Below are positions 1-12,388 of a DNA stretch of 64,000 bases, one piece after another. The position numbers and the translations under genes were made by a program. The stretch spans positions 3,162,001 through 3,226,000 of the forward strand of contig OZ218962.1 of NCBI GenBank assembly GCA_965112735.1, written 5' to 3'. Origin of the DNA: Phaeosaccion multiseriatum. Taxonomy: Eukaryota; Protista; Ochrophyta, other classes. Position 1 is the first letter of the stretch; each line of letters opens with the position of its first letter. The notes under the pieces are model-generated. The model saw only the letters and a program-made list of their open reading frames with translations. It had not been told where the DNA came from and did no database searches.

Positions 1-221
1 CCATGAGACGCACATAATCCTCCCTGGACACGCTTCTTTTCACACCCCTCAACAGAACACCTCTTGACTACAGCTCCATGAGACGTACACAATCCTCCCT
101 GCTGCGACTGCTTTTCACACCCCTCGACAGAACACCTCTTCACTTGAGCTCCATGGGACACACACAATCCTCCCTGCTGCGAATACTTTTGACACCCCTC
201 AACTTTACACACTCCTGGCAT
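1..221 (-). CDS. WRKY19-like Cys/His zinc-finger repeat protein, copy 0 (5' part; continues beyond window start)
   Basis: ATG at 221, MPGVCKVEGCQKYSQQGGLCVSHGAQVKRCSVEGCEKQSQQGG...; paralogous to the three downstream copies. Confidence 0.75.
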   Translation of the reverse strand, partial: MPGVCKVEGCQKYSQQGGLCVSHGAQVKRCSVEGCEKQSQQGGLCTSHGAVVKRCSVEGCEKKRVQGGLCASH

Positions 222-1168
222 AGCTTCCCTCCAAGGCTCCAATTTTACTTTTTTTATACTAGAACGCCCTGCTGTTGCTGCCCCTCCTGCCACTGCTTTT
301 GTCACTGCTGCTACTTCCGTTGGGAGTCAAGCTCGGTAAGGTATAAGGTAACACTCTCTCGTTTCTCCTCTTGACTTGAGCCAACGGGAAGCCTCTCTTT
401 GTAGACAGTGGCGACGTCTGCCCTTTGAACGCCTTGCTGCTGCTGCTGCTGCTGCTGCCTGCTGCTGAGACTGCTGTCTGATGTCCCTCGTTCTTGAGCT
501 AAAGGGAAGCCCCTAGAGAAGTGGCTTAAAGAGGGCAAAATGATGACGTTGCTGCTGCCGTTGCGGATGGTGCCGTTGCTGCTGCTGCCGATGGGTCGAT
601 GTGTTCTACTCCTTGCTTCGGGGGGGTGGGGGGAAGGGGGGGTGAAGTTGCTGCTCCCGCTGCTGATGGTACCGCTGCTGCTATTGCCGATGGGTCGATG
701 TGTTCTACTCCTTGCTTCGGGGGGGTGGGGGGAAGGGGGGGTGAAGTTGCTGTTCCCGCTGCTGATGGTACCGCTGCTGCTACTTCCGATGGGTCGATGT
801 GTTCTACTCTTCTACTCTTCTACTCCTTGCTTCGGGGGGGGGGGGGGGGATGAAGTTGCTGCTGCCGCTGCTGATGGTACCTGCTGCTACTGCAGATGGT
901 CGATGTGTCTGTTTTTTTCCGGGGGGAGGTCCTTCTCCGTACAGAAAGTCAATGAATTAGAGGCATACGGACGACCGACCCTTCTTTGTTCTTTGTACTA
1001 CGACGTACTTCGATTTTATACTCTCTCAGAGCCCCTCCTCCATGTTACCCCCCTCTGTCCCTTCCCACCCCCTGTCCACTCTCCATACACTGCATCAGTG
1101 CATCTGCTTCAAGCAGACAATCTCTTAGATACTGATTGACAGAGCACCACTTCTCGTCATCAGGGTAT

Positions 1169-2842
1169 TCACAGCTCAAGCCCCGACCTTGGGCCCTCCA
1201 CACGCACGCACGCTCGCAGCGCCTTCCGCCCGCGCTTCTTTCTCTCACTCGCCGTCACCATGCTCTCCTCCAGCACCGCCCACTCCTCCTCTCGCTGCTC
1301 ATCGGCAGCATCATCACCCCCTCCACCTGAGTGATACCGGTGGTAGGCAGACACAAAGTCTCCAACAATGCTCTCCACGCTGGCCCCCTTCCTCTTGGTG
1401 CGAACCGCACAGTAGGGCAGTAGCCTCACCCTCCTCCGGCCCACAGTCACCACCACGCCATTCGACAGCTCTGTGTCTCGATGACCCAAGCAGACTGTGG
1501 CAGCCTCAGCCCCATCACCCTCCAGCTCCCTCCACAGACCAGCGGGCAGCTGAACCTCGTCCCCGACATGGAGCCCCAGCCTCGCAATCAATCCTGTCCC
1601 ACTCTCCTCCTCCCTGTCGTTCTCTTCATTGTCTTCTTCCTTGGTTGGAAGTCTTGCCCTTTTCCCTTCTCTCCCACGGATGTCGGTCGCAGCTCGTCGC
1701 TTGGATCCAGGCGCACACTGAAGCCCCCCCTCCTGCTGCTCTGCTCTCTCTCGTTTCATTCGAGCATGCCCTTTGCACATCCCACCTAAGCCACCCTGAG
1801 GGTACTTGTTGCAGCCCCCTTCGCTACACCTCTTCCTCACAGCTCCATGAGACGTACACAACCCTCCCTGCTTCGACTGCTTTTGACACCCGTCGACAGA
1901 ACACCTCTTGGTCACGGCTCCATGAGACGTACACAATCCTCCCTGCTTCGACTGCTTTTGACACCCCTCGACAGAACACCTCTTGGTCACAGCTCCATGA
2001 GACGTACATAATCCTCCCTGGACACGCCTCTTTTGACACCCCTCGACAGAACACCTCTTCCTCACAGCTCCATGAGACGTACATAATCCTCCCTGGATAC
2101 GATTCTTTCCACACCCCGACGGAGCGGCCGCCTGAGGAGCCGGAGTACACCAGCCAGCAGACAGCGAGACCATCAGCACACAGCATAGCAACCACAGTTA
2201 GTCACGCCTTGTCACCCGCACCACCCACAGTAGGATAGTTCACACATCACCTCCACCCCCTCACTCCTTCCCACACCCCTTCATCTCCTCCTCCCCCCTT
2301 CACTCCCTTCCCATTCCCCATTATCCTCTACTCTACCACCCTTACCATCCTCTTCCCCTCCACATCACGCTCCACACATGGTTACAACTTACCTCGAGCG
2401 CTCCAATACTGAGCCCATAAGCTCTAATATACATTCCACACCCCTCGACAGAGCACCTCTTGGTCACAGCTCCATGAGACACACACAATCCTCCCTGCTT
2501 CGACTGCTTTTGACACCCCTCGACAGAACACCTCTTGGTCACGGCTCCATGAGACGCACACAATCCTCCCTGGACACGCCTCTTTTGACACCCCTCGACA
2601 GAACACCTCTTGGTCACGGCTCCATGAGACGCACACAATCCTCCCTGCTTCGACTGCTTTTGACACCCCTCAACAGAGCACCTCTTGACTACAGCTCCAT
2701 GGGACACACACAACCCTCCCTGCTGCGAATACCTTTGACACCCCTCGACAGAACACTTCTTGGTCACGGCTCCATGAGACGTACACAATCCTCCCTGCTG
2801 CGAATACTTTTGACACCCCTCAACTTTACACACTCCTGGCAT
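1169..2842 (-). CDS. WRKY19-like zinc-finger repeat protein, copy A (10 fingers; predicted intron 2132-2392)
   Basis: 25-aa repeats C-x4-C-x6-GG-x-C-x2-H; ORFs 2342-2926 and 1169-2191 are joined in frame by AG|GTAAGT (2392) and CAG| (2132); basic NLS-like stretch and conserved C-terminal domain. Confidence 0.75.
2107..2444. other. 316-bp insertion flanked by an 11-bp direct repeat (TTCCACACCCC) inside a finger of copy A
   Basis: TTCCACACCCC at 2107-2117 and 2434-2444; the equivalent site is single and uninterrupted in copy B (~4967). Confidence 0.8.
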
Positions 2843-4034
2843 AGCTTCCCCCCAAGGCTCCAGTGGTGTCTTTGAAATACTCGAACGCCTTGCTGCTGCT
2901 GCCCCTCCTGCCACTGCTTTTGTCACTGCTGCTACTTCCGTTGGGAGTCAAGCTCGGTAAGGTAACACTCTCTCGTTTCTCCTCTTGACTTGAGCTAACG
3001 GGAAGCCTCTCTTTGTAGACAGTGGCGACGTCTGCCCTTTGCACGCCTTGCTGCTGCTGCTGCTGCCTGCTGCTGAAAATGCCGTCGGGTGTCTCTCCTT
3101 ATTGGGCTAAAGGGAAGCCCCTAGAGAAGTGGCTTAAAGAGGGGAAAGAGTGAACTACGTTGATGAAGTTGCTGCTGCCGCTGCTGATGGCGCCCCGATG
3201 GGTGGATGTGTTCTACTCCTTGCTTCGGGGGGGGGGGGGGGGGGGTGAAGTTGATGCTCCCGCTGCTGATGGTACCGCTGCTGCTACTGTCGATGGTTGA
3301 TCTGTTCTACCCCTTTTGCAGGGGGGGGGGGGAGGTACCCCGTCTCCGTACAGAAAGTCAATGAATTAATTAGAGGCATACAGGCGACTTTTATACTCTC
3401 TCAATCTCGCTCCCACCGGCCAGAGATAAGATCTTGATGTTAAAGTAAGCTTTAGCTCTCAGTCACAGGGGAACACATCCAGGCTAAAGGCCTTGGTCGA
3501 GCCTCAATGGCTGCTGCTGCCTACCTTGAGGCGTAACCACCCTGTTGGGCCCTTCATCCCCGCTGTTGCCTCTACGGTGGTAAGGAAGGAGCAGGTTCCA
3601 GGACCGGTTCCACAGACATGGGAGGAGGCTCTGTGTGCTTTCTAACCTCATGATGAGGGACTCACACTAGACCTGCCTTCCTTCTTTGACGTATACTTCC
3701 ATCACACTTGAGGTGTCAAACTCCTTCTGAAGTGTCTTTGACGTATACTTCCATCACACTTGAGGTGTCAAACTCCTTCTGAAGTGTCAGTCTAGACCTG
3801 CCTTCCTTCTTTGACGTATACTTCGATCAATCGTCGGAGCGCAGGCTTTGGCCACCTCCGTGCCTTGATGGTTGCCGAGTGCTCATTCGCCCAAGCCAGC
3901 CCCTCCTCCATGTTACCCCCTTCTGTCCCTTCCCACCCCCTGTCCACTCTCCATACACTGCATCAGTGCATCTACTTCAAGCAGACAATGTCTTAGATAC
4001 TGAATGACAGAGCACCACTTCTCGTCATCGGTCT

Positions 4035-5225
4035 TCACAGCTCAAGACCCGACCTTGGGCCCTCCACACGCACGCACGCTCGCAGCGCCTTCCGCCCAAG
4101 CCTTTTCCTCTCACTCGCCGTCACCATGCTCTCCTCCAGCACCGCCCACTCCTCCTCCTGCTGCTCATCGTCAGCATCATCACCCCCTCCAACTGAGCGA
4201 TAGCGGTGGTAGGCAGACACAAAGCCTCCAATCTCCACGCTGGCCCCCTTCCTCTTGGTGCGAACCGCACAGTAGGGAAGTAGCCTCACCCTCCTCCGGC
4301 CCACAGTCACCACCACGCCATTCGACAGCTCTGTGTCTCGACGACCCAAGCAGACTGTGGCAGCCTCAGCCCCACCACCCTCCAGCTCCCTCCACAGACC
4401 AGCGGGCAGCTGAACCTCGTCCCCGACATGGAGCCCCAGCCTCGCAATCAATCCCGTCCCACTCTCCTCCTCCCTGTCGTTCTCTTCATTGTCTTCTTCC
4501 TTGGTTGGAAGTCTTGCCCTCTTCCCTTCTCTCTCACGGATGTCGGTCGCAGCTCGTCGCTTGGATCCAGGCGCACACTGAAGCCCCCCCTCCTGCTGCT
4601 CTGCTCTCTCTCGTTTCATTCGAGCATGCCCTTTGCACATCCCACCTAAGCCACCCTGAGGGTACTTGTTGCAGCCCCCTTCGCTACACCTCTTCCTCAC
4701 AGCTCCATGGGCTGTGCATAATCCTCCCTGCCTCGACCGCTTTTGACACCCGTCGACAGAACACCTCTTGGTCACGGCTCCATGAGACGTACACAACCCT
4801 CCTTGGATACGCCTCTTTTGACACCCCTCGACAGAGCACCTCTTGGTCACAGCTCCATGAGACGCACATAATCCTCCCTGGATACGCTTCTTTTCACACC
4901 CCTCGACAGAACACCTCTTGACTACAGCTCCATGAGACGCACACAATCCTCCCTGGATACGCTTCTTTCCACACCCCTCGACAGAGCACCTCTTGGTCAC
5001 AGCTCCATGAGACGCACATAATCCTCCCTGGACACGACGCTTTTCACACCCCTCGACAGAACACCTCTTGACTACAGCTCCATGGGACACACACAGTCCT
5101 CCCTGCCTCGACTGCTTTTGACACCCCTCGACAGAACACCTCTTCCTCACAGCTCCATGAGACGTACACAACCCTCCCTGCATCGACTGCTTTTGACACC
5201 CCTCAACTTTACACACTCCTGGCAT
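4035..5225 (-). CDS. WRKY19-like zinc-finger repeat protein, copy B (8 fingers)
   Basis: Single ORF from ATG 5225; 7 canonical repeats plus terminal CSEGGCNKYPQGGLGGMCKGH. Confidence 0.8.
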   Translation of the reverse strand: MPGVCKVEGCQKQSMQGGLCTSHGAVRKRCSVEGCQKQSRQGGLCVSHGAVVKRCSVEGCEKRRVQGGLCASHGAVTKRCSVEGCGKKRIQGGLCASHGAVVKRCSVEGCEKKRIQGGLCASHGAVTKRCSVEGCQKRRIQGGLCTSHGAVTKRCSVDGCQKRSRQGGLCTAHGAVRKRCSEGGCNKYPQGGLGGMCKGHARMKRERAEQQEGGLQCAPGSKRRAATDIREREGKRARLPTKEEDNEENDREEESGTGLIARLGLHVGDEVQLPAGLWRELEGGGAEAATVCLGRRDTELSNGVVVTVGRRRVRLLPYCAVRTKRKGASVEIGGFVSAYHRYRSVGGGDDADDEQQEEEWAVLEESMVTASERKRLGRKALRACVRVEGPRSGLEL

Positions 5226-6382
5226 AGCTTCCCTCGAAGGCTCCAGTGGTGTCTTTGAAATACTCGAACGCCTTGCTGTTGCTGCTCCTCCTGCCACTGC
5301 TTTTGTCACTGCTGCTACTTCCGTTGGGAGTCAAGCTCGGTAAGGTATAAGGTAACACTCTCTCGTTTCTCCTCCTGACTTGAGCTAACGGGAAGCCTCT
5401 CTTTGTAGACAGTGGCGACGTCTGCCCTTTGCACGCCTTGCTGCTGCTGCTGCTGCTGCTGCCTGCTGCTGAAAATGCCGTCGGGTGTCTCTCCTTATTG
5501 GGCTAAAGGGAAGCCCCTAGAGAAGTGGCTTAAAGAGGGGAAAGAGTGAACTACGTTGATGAAGTTGCTGCTGCCGCTGCTGATGGCGCCCCGATGGGTG
5601 GATGTGTTCTACTCCTTGCTTCGGGGGGGGGGGGGGGGGTGAAGTTGCTGCTCCCGCTGCTGATGGTACCGCTGCTGCTGCTACTGCCGATGGTCGATCT
5701 GTTCTACTCTTTTCCTTGCAGGGGGCGGAGGTCCGAGGTCCCCCTCTCCGTACAGAAAGTCAATGAATTAGAGGCATACAGGCGACTTTTATACTCTCTC
5801 AATCTCGCTCCCGCCGGCCAGAGATAAGATCTTGATGTTAAAGTAAGCTTTAAGCTCTCAGTCACAGGGGAACACATCCAGGCTAAAGGCCTTGGTCGAG
5901 CCTCAATGGCTGCTGCTGCCTACCTTGAGGCGTAACCACCCTGTTGGGCCCTTCATCCCCGCTGTTGCCTCTACGGTGGTAAGGAAGGAGCAGGTTCCAG
6001 GACCGGTTCCACAGACATGGGAGGAGGCTCTGTGTGCTTTCTAACCTCATGATGAGGGACTCACACTAGACCTGCCTTCCTTCTTTGACGTATACTTCCA
6101 TCACACTTGAGGTGTCAAACTCCTTCTGAAGTGTCAGTCTAGACCTGCCTGCCTTCTTTGACGTATACTTCGATCAATCGTCGGAGCGCAGGCTTTGGCC
6201 ACCTCCGTGCCTTGATGGTTGCCGAGTGCTCATTCGCCCAAGCCAGCCCCTCCTCCATGTTACCCCCTTCTGTCCCTTCCCACCCCCTGTCCACTCTCCA
6301 TACACTGCATCCGTGCATCTGCTTCCAGCAGACAATGTCTTAGATACTGAATGACAGAGCACCACTTCTCGTCATCGGGTCT

Positions 6383-7429
6383 TCACAGCTCAAGACCCGA
6401 CCTTGGGCCCTCCACACGCACGCACGCTCGCAGCGCCTTCCGTCCGCGCTTCTTTCTCTCACTCGCCGTCACCATGCTCTCCTCCAGCACCGCCCACTCC
6501 TCCTCTCGCTGCTCATCGGCAGCATCATCACCCCCTCCACCTGAGCGATACCGGTGGTAGGCAGACACAAAGTCTCCAACAATGCTCTCCACGCTGGCCC
6601 CCTTCCTCTTGGTGCGAACCGCACAGTAGGGAAGTAGCCTCACCCTCCTCCGGCCCACAGTCACCACCACGCCATTCGACAGCTCTGTGTCTCGATGACC
6701 CAAGCAGACTGTGGCAGCCTCAGCCCCACCACCCTCCAGCTCCCGCCACAGACCAGCGGGCAGCTGAACCTCGTCCCCGCCATGGAGCCCCAGCCTCGCA
6801 ATCAATCCTTCCCCACTCTCCTCCTCCCTGTCGTTCTCTTCATTGTCTTCTTCCTTGGTTGGAAGTCTTGCCCTCTTCCCTTCTCTCCCACGGATGTCGG
6901 TTGCGGCTCGTCGCTTAGATCCAGGCGCACACTGAAGCCCCCCCTCCTGCTGCTCTGCTCTCTCTCGTTTCATTCGTGCGTGTCTGATGCACATCCCACC
7001 TAAGCCACCCTGAGGGTACTTGTTGCAGCCCCCTTCGCTACACCTCTTCCTCACAGCTCCATGGGCTGTGCATAATCCTCCCTGCCTCGACTGCTTTTGA
7101 CACCCCTCGACAGAACACCTCTTCATCACAGCTCCATGCGACGCACACAATCCTCCCTGCCTCGAATACTTTTGACACCCCTCGACAGAACACCTCTTCC
7201 TCACAGCTCCATGACACGTACACAACCCTCCCTGCATCGACTGCTTTTGACACCCCTCGACAGAACACCTCTTCATCACAGCTCCATGCGACGCACACAA
7301 TCCTCCCTGCCTCGACTGCTTTTGACACCCCTCGACAGAGCACCTCTTCACTTGAGCTCCATGGGACACACACAACCCTCCCTGAACCGACTGCTTTTGA
7401 CACCCCTCAACTTTACACACTCTTGGCAT
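6383..7429 (-). CDS. WRKY19-like zinc-finger repeat protein, copy C (6 fingers)
   Basis: Single ORF from ATG 7429; 5 canonical repeats plus terminal finger. Confidence 0.8.
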   Translation of the reverse strand: MPRVCKVEGCQKQSVQGGLCVSHGAQVKRCSVEGCQKQSRQGGLCASHGAVMKRCSVEGCQKQSMQGGLCTCHGAVRKRCSVEGCQKYSRQGGLCASHGAVMKRCSVEGCQKQSRQGGLCTAHGAVRKRCSEGGCNKYPQGGLGGMCIRHARMKRERAEQQEGGLQCAPGSKRRAATDIRGREGKRARLPTKEEDNEENDREEESGEGLIARLGLHGGDEVQLPAGLWRELEGGGAEAATVCLGHRDTELSNGVVVTVGRRRVRLLPYCAVRTKRKGASVESIVGDFVSAYHRYRSGGGGDDAADEQREEEWAVLEESMVTASERKKRGRKALRACVRVEGPRSGLEL

Positions 7430-8383
7430 AGCTTCCCTCCAAGGCTCCAGTGGTGTCTTTGAAATACTCGAACGCCTTGCTGTTGCTGCTCCTCCTGCCA
7501 CTGCTTTTGTCACTGCTGCTACTTCCGTTGGGAGTCAAGCTCGGTAAGGTAACACTCTCTCGTTTCTCCTCTTGACTTGAGCCAACGGGAAGCCTCTCTT
7601 TGTAGACAGTGGCGACGTCTGCCCTTTGCACGCCTTGCTGCTGCTGCTGCTGCTGCCTGCTGCTGAAAATGCCGTCGGGTGTCTCTCCTTATTGGGCTAA
7701 AGGGAAGCCCCTAGAGAAGTGGCTTAAAGAGGGGAAAGAGTGAATTATAACTACGTTGATGAAGTTGCTGCTGCCGCTGCTGCTGCTGCCGATGGGTCGA
7801 TGTGTTCTACTCCTTGCTTCGGGGGGGGGGGGGGGGGGGTGAAGTTGCTGCTCCCGCTGCTGATGGTACCGCTGCTGCTACTGTCGATGGTTGATCTGTT
7901 CTACCCCTTTTGCAGGGGGGGGGGAGGTACCCCGTCTCCGTACAGAAAGTCAATGAATTAGAGGCATACGGACTTTAATTCTCTTTGATCTTGAGTTAGG
8001 AGTCAGGCTCCTCTCAGTCACAGGGGAACACATCCAGGCTAAAGGCCTTGGTCGGGCCTCAATGGCTGCTGCTGCCTACCTTGACGCGTAACCACCCTGT
8101 TGGCCTTCATCCCCGCTGTTGCCTCTACGGTGGTAAGGAAGGAGCAGGTTCCAGGACCGGTTCCACAGACATGGGAGGAGGCTCTGTGTGCTTTCTAACC
8201 TCATGATGAGGGACTCACACTAGACCTGCCTTCCTTCTTTGACGTATACTTCCACCACACTTGAGGTGTCAAACTCCTTCTGAAGTGTCAGTCTCAAAAC
8301 ACGTGTGAGGAGTGATCCTTGGAGCTTGAGGTGAGCATCAGCCCATCAGCCCATCAGCCCATCAGCTGCCATCGCCTCTCCTC

Positions 8384-11300
8384 TCAGCCCGCCCCTCCAA
8401 GGAAGAGGATGACGCAGAGGCTGAGCGGCATGATCAGGCAGCCCATGCCCAGCTGCAGCGCCGCCAACTGCCGTTTCCAGTCGGACTGTACCACCAACTG
8501 CTGCTGTTGCTCGGGGAGCTCGTGCAGGCGCAGGTAGATGAGGCCCGGCAGGATGAAGCTGATCATGGTGGAGCCAGTGGCCCCCACCACCTGCAGCACC
8601 ACCCCGAGGTCGGAAACCGTCATGGCGATGAGGTAGGAGAGGCAGAGGAAGCTCAGCGTCACGAGTGCGTGTCTACCGCCGGCCCCGAGCAGCACGGGGG
8701 AGGGTGGCGCACCCTCTGCGTCTGTCTCTGTCTCGGCTGTATCACCAACTGCTGCAGCTCCTGCTGCTTCTTCCTCCTCTGCGGCCGTGACCGCGTCGTA
8801 GGCGAGGCCTCTTGGGGTAGCTCCTCCTTCACCACCACCATTCGCTGCCATCCCACAGTCGCTCTTCCCCATGGCCCTTGCGACAAGTGGAGAGAGATCG
8901 TCCCCGTCAGCCTCCTCCTCCTCTTCCTCTACTCGGAAGCCCTCTCCGCCGCCTTCCCCACCCTCCGCCCGCCTCCGGCCCTTCTCCTCGTCCCCCGAGA
9001 GACGCCCCCCCTCACCCTCATCCTCATCATCGCTATCACTGTAACTAAAACTATCACTTTGACTGTCACCATCCCCCTCTTGGTGATAGCCACTCCGACT
9101 CGCCCCCCCCCCCGCACCCTGTGGCCTGCGGCTCCAGCCCTCGCGTACTGACGGACTCACAGAGAGAGACGTCTCGGTTGCCGAGGTTGCTGAATCACCA
9201 ACTGCCCCCCCTGCCCCTGCCCCTGCCCCACGCAATACCCGCCCCTCTGAGGCGTCCCACATGGACAGGATGGACTTGCGGCTGGGGAGCGCTTGGAGCG
9301 GGTAGCAGAAGGCCACCAGCAGCGTGATGCACACTCTGATGAGGGGTGGGGAGGGTGAAAGAGAAGGAGTTAGTGATACAGCAGTTGGCGATAGAGTAGC
9401 AACAGGGGGAGGAGGAGTGAGGATTATAATGAAGTAAGGAATATAATGAAGTAAGGGGGGGCGACGAAGACCGCTCAAAGTGATGTCATCCAACAGCTCC
9501 TCCTCCTCCTCCTCCTCCTCCTCCTCCTCCTCCTCCTCCATCCACTGCCATCCCCCATCCCTATCCCCTCGAACACCTTACCTGGCCACGGTAATGAGCG
9601 TGGACTCGGGATAGTTCCTGAGAATGTCATCGTTCGTGGCCACCCCCCAGGTGGAGTAGGCGGCCCAACTCAGAGTGAGATATGTCACCACAGCTGTGCA
9701 GATGGACGCTCCAATGACCGTGTTGACCCGTCTGGGGGTGGGGCGCTCCAGCTCATTGACGATGGAGAAGACGTTCTGGTGACACGTGAAGGCGAACACA
9801 AAGATGCTCAACACGCTCAGCACGGACACGGGGTCGCCGCTCGCACGCGAACCGCCGAAGCACTTACCCCTCCCTTGCCCATACCTCTGCCCCTGGTCCT
9901 GCCCCTGCTCCTGCCGCTGTTGCTGCTGCTGCTGCTGCTGCATCCCCAAGTCCTGCTCCTCTAAAAGGCTGCCCGACACCGCCTCATCCTCCCCGACTCG
10001 GAGACCCTCCTGGTCCGCCACCCCCGCCATCCCTGCCGCTACAGAGGAGGCAGCAGCCAAGACGGCGTCGCCCCACGTGGGAGCCCCCTCCCCGGCCGCT
10101 GCGGTACCGTCGCCAGTCCCTATGCCCATGTCCATACCCAGAAAGCTAAAGCCGTCTGCTGCCATCTCCGGGCACGGGTCCATGCCGGGCAGAACGGCGT
10201 AGGCGAGCACGAGTCCTACGAGGAAGAAGGCGAAGAGGATGGCAAGCGTCGCCGTCCACTTGAGAGAGGAGAGGTTGTGGGCGAAGCTGTGGGAGGGGCA
10301 GGTGCACATGCAAACATACACGGAGAATGTGAATAGACGGGACATAGTAAGTGGATGGGGATGGATGGCATGGGAAGGAAAGAGGAGGGAAGGGTCGTCT
10401 GACCATCCGCGCTGTGCCGGCCTACCCCCCCCCCCCCTCTCTCTCTCTCTCTCTCTGTCTCAAGCTCCCCAGTCAAATGCGGCAAGAGGACAAGTGACAG
10501 GAGGATAGAGAACAGGATGACAAGAGGACAAGGGACAGGAGGATAGAGAACAGGATGATGACAAGAGGACAAGGGACAGGAGGATAGAGAACAGGATGAC
10601 AAGAGGACAAGGGACAGGAGGATAGAGAACAGGATGACAAGTGACAAGAGGATAGAGAACAGGAGGACAAGGGACAGGAGGATAGAGAACAGGATGACAA
10701 GTGACAGGAGGATAGAGAACAGGATGACAAGTGACAGGAGGATAGAGAACAGGATGATGACAAGAGGACAAGTGACAAGAGGATAGAGAACAGGATGATG
10801 ACAAGAAGGCGCAGTGCATATCAAGCTTCGAGCGAACAGAAGGACAGCGGGCCGGGGCAGCTTAGACAGTTTCGACAGTTTCGACAGTTTCGACAGACTT
10901 ACGCCATGGGGGTCACGAAGACGGTCCCGACGGTGATCCAAAAGTGGCGAGAGAGAAGCCGCTCGGACCTATCGTACATTGAGAGAGGAAGGGGGGGGCG
11001 GGGTTTACATATCCCTTTCCCTCCTTGAGGCTGACTAAACTCCCTTCACTCTCTAAGAGTCTCTCTTCGACTTCTCGCCTACTCCTTCCCACTCCCTCCC
11101 ACTCCCTGCTTGATCATTCAACTCCTCAATCCGCTACACTTGGTCACTTACCCAGTCTCCTCCTCCACCCCGAGCACGTCTCTCATGACGTCAGGCATGA
11201 GGTCCCCCACCACGATTAAGTATGAGGTGGCGACTCCAAAGCACTTCACCGCCACCGCTAAGTCAATGAGGAAGGTCCAGCGAGGCACCGCTTGCCTGGC

Positions 11301-12030
11301 CACCACGTAAAAGCCCGAGGGATAGACCCCCACTTTCCGAGCACAGGCTGCCAGCAGGTGCAGGCCCACCGCGCTGAAGCAGCCGAAGCTCAGGAAGAGA
11401 AGCGTGCCCACGAGCCATCCCGCCTGCGTGAAGCCGCCCGCCACCCCCACGATGCCCACACCGAGCAGCTGCAGAGAGGGGACGGCCCAAGTCGAGGAAA
11501 GGGAAGAGCATGAGGGGCCAATGGGTCAGGGGTCGCAGGGGTCAGAGGAAGGGTGAATAATATTCACTATCTGTCTCACTCACCGTGTTGGTGAGCGTGA
11601 CCACACACGCGTAGATAGGTGCCCCCTTGCCATTAGGCGCCCCCCTGCCGTCGGGACTACCGCTGCCGCTCCTGGTCCTGCTCGACTCCAAAACCCTCCT
11701 TGGGTGCCCCCCCGCGCCCTCGGTCCGGCCCCTCTTCCTCTTCAGCCCAGCACTAGCCCCACCGTCTGCCGCAGGGGAGGATAGCAGGTGGGACGCCACA
11801 TGGGGTTGAGCAAAGAGAGCGCTATTGCTGCTGCTCCTGCCTCTTCCGCTGCCGTAAGCTGCCCTATACTCCGTCGTCCCGTCCTCATCTTCTTCGCCGC
11901 TGCCGTCCACATCGCTGTCTGCTAGCAAGTAGGAGGAGTGACCATTCCTGCTATTGCTATTGCTGCTACTGGTGGTGTGGTCGGACGGATCAGGAGGAGC
12001 GGAAGTCACCACTTTCCGATAGTCGCCCAT
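8384..12030 (-). CDS. Amino acid/auxin permease (AAAP, SLC38/AVT-like) transporter, multi-exon
   Basis: Motifs TLTNT|LLGVGIVG, DLAVAVKCFGVATSYLIVVGDLMP, LSSLKWT, IFVFAFTCHQN, LLVAFCYPLQ, VVGATGSTMISFILPG; GT-AG introns (donors 11583, ~11150, ~10901, ~9581). Confidence 0.9.
10484..10803. repeat. Intronic purine-rich minisatellite (GAGGATAGAGAACAGGATGAC core, ~30-41 bp units)
   Basis: About 9 tandem units visible within a transporter intron. Confidence 0.9.
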
Positions 12031-12388
12031 TGAACCACACTGATGCAGGCAGTTGCCAGCAATGCAGCGGTCTTCTGGGCTTTGACTGCGTTGCTTTTAT
12101 TCCTTCTTCGCAGCTACCGCAGGGACGTGGCCAGCTGTCCGTGCGTGCAGGGCCAAGGAGAACAGGACAAAGAGGAGGGAAGGAGGGGAGGAGACAACGA
12201 AGCGGGCGAAGTTCGTTTCCGCGACGTGACTTTGGTACGCCTACTACTCTCTCCGCCCCCTCACTCGCGATTCCACTCGCTCAGCTTCTCAGCAGAGCTT
12301 CTTAGGGAAGGAGGAGGAGGAGGAGGACAGAGAGGTAGGAGAGAGAGTAGTAACAGCAGCAGAAGCAGCAGCAGGAGGAGAAGGAGTC

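Larger units (their letters stand above)
1..8295. repeat. Tandem array of ~2.2-2.6 kb units, each carrying one zinc-finger gene plus flanks
   Basis: Near-identical blocks recur, e.g. AAGGGAAGCCCCTAGAGAAGTGGCTTAAAGAG at ~501, 3109, 5506, 7699. Confidence 0.9.

Noticed and set aside
540-1139. 199-aa Leu-rich plus-strand ORF
   Set aside because: Product of a 99-bp triple tandem repeat; not kept open in the paralogous units
10216-10941. Hydrophobic or Cys-rich repeat ORFs
   Set aside because: Translations of the intronic minisatellite
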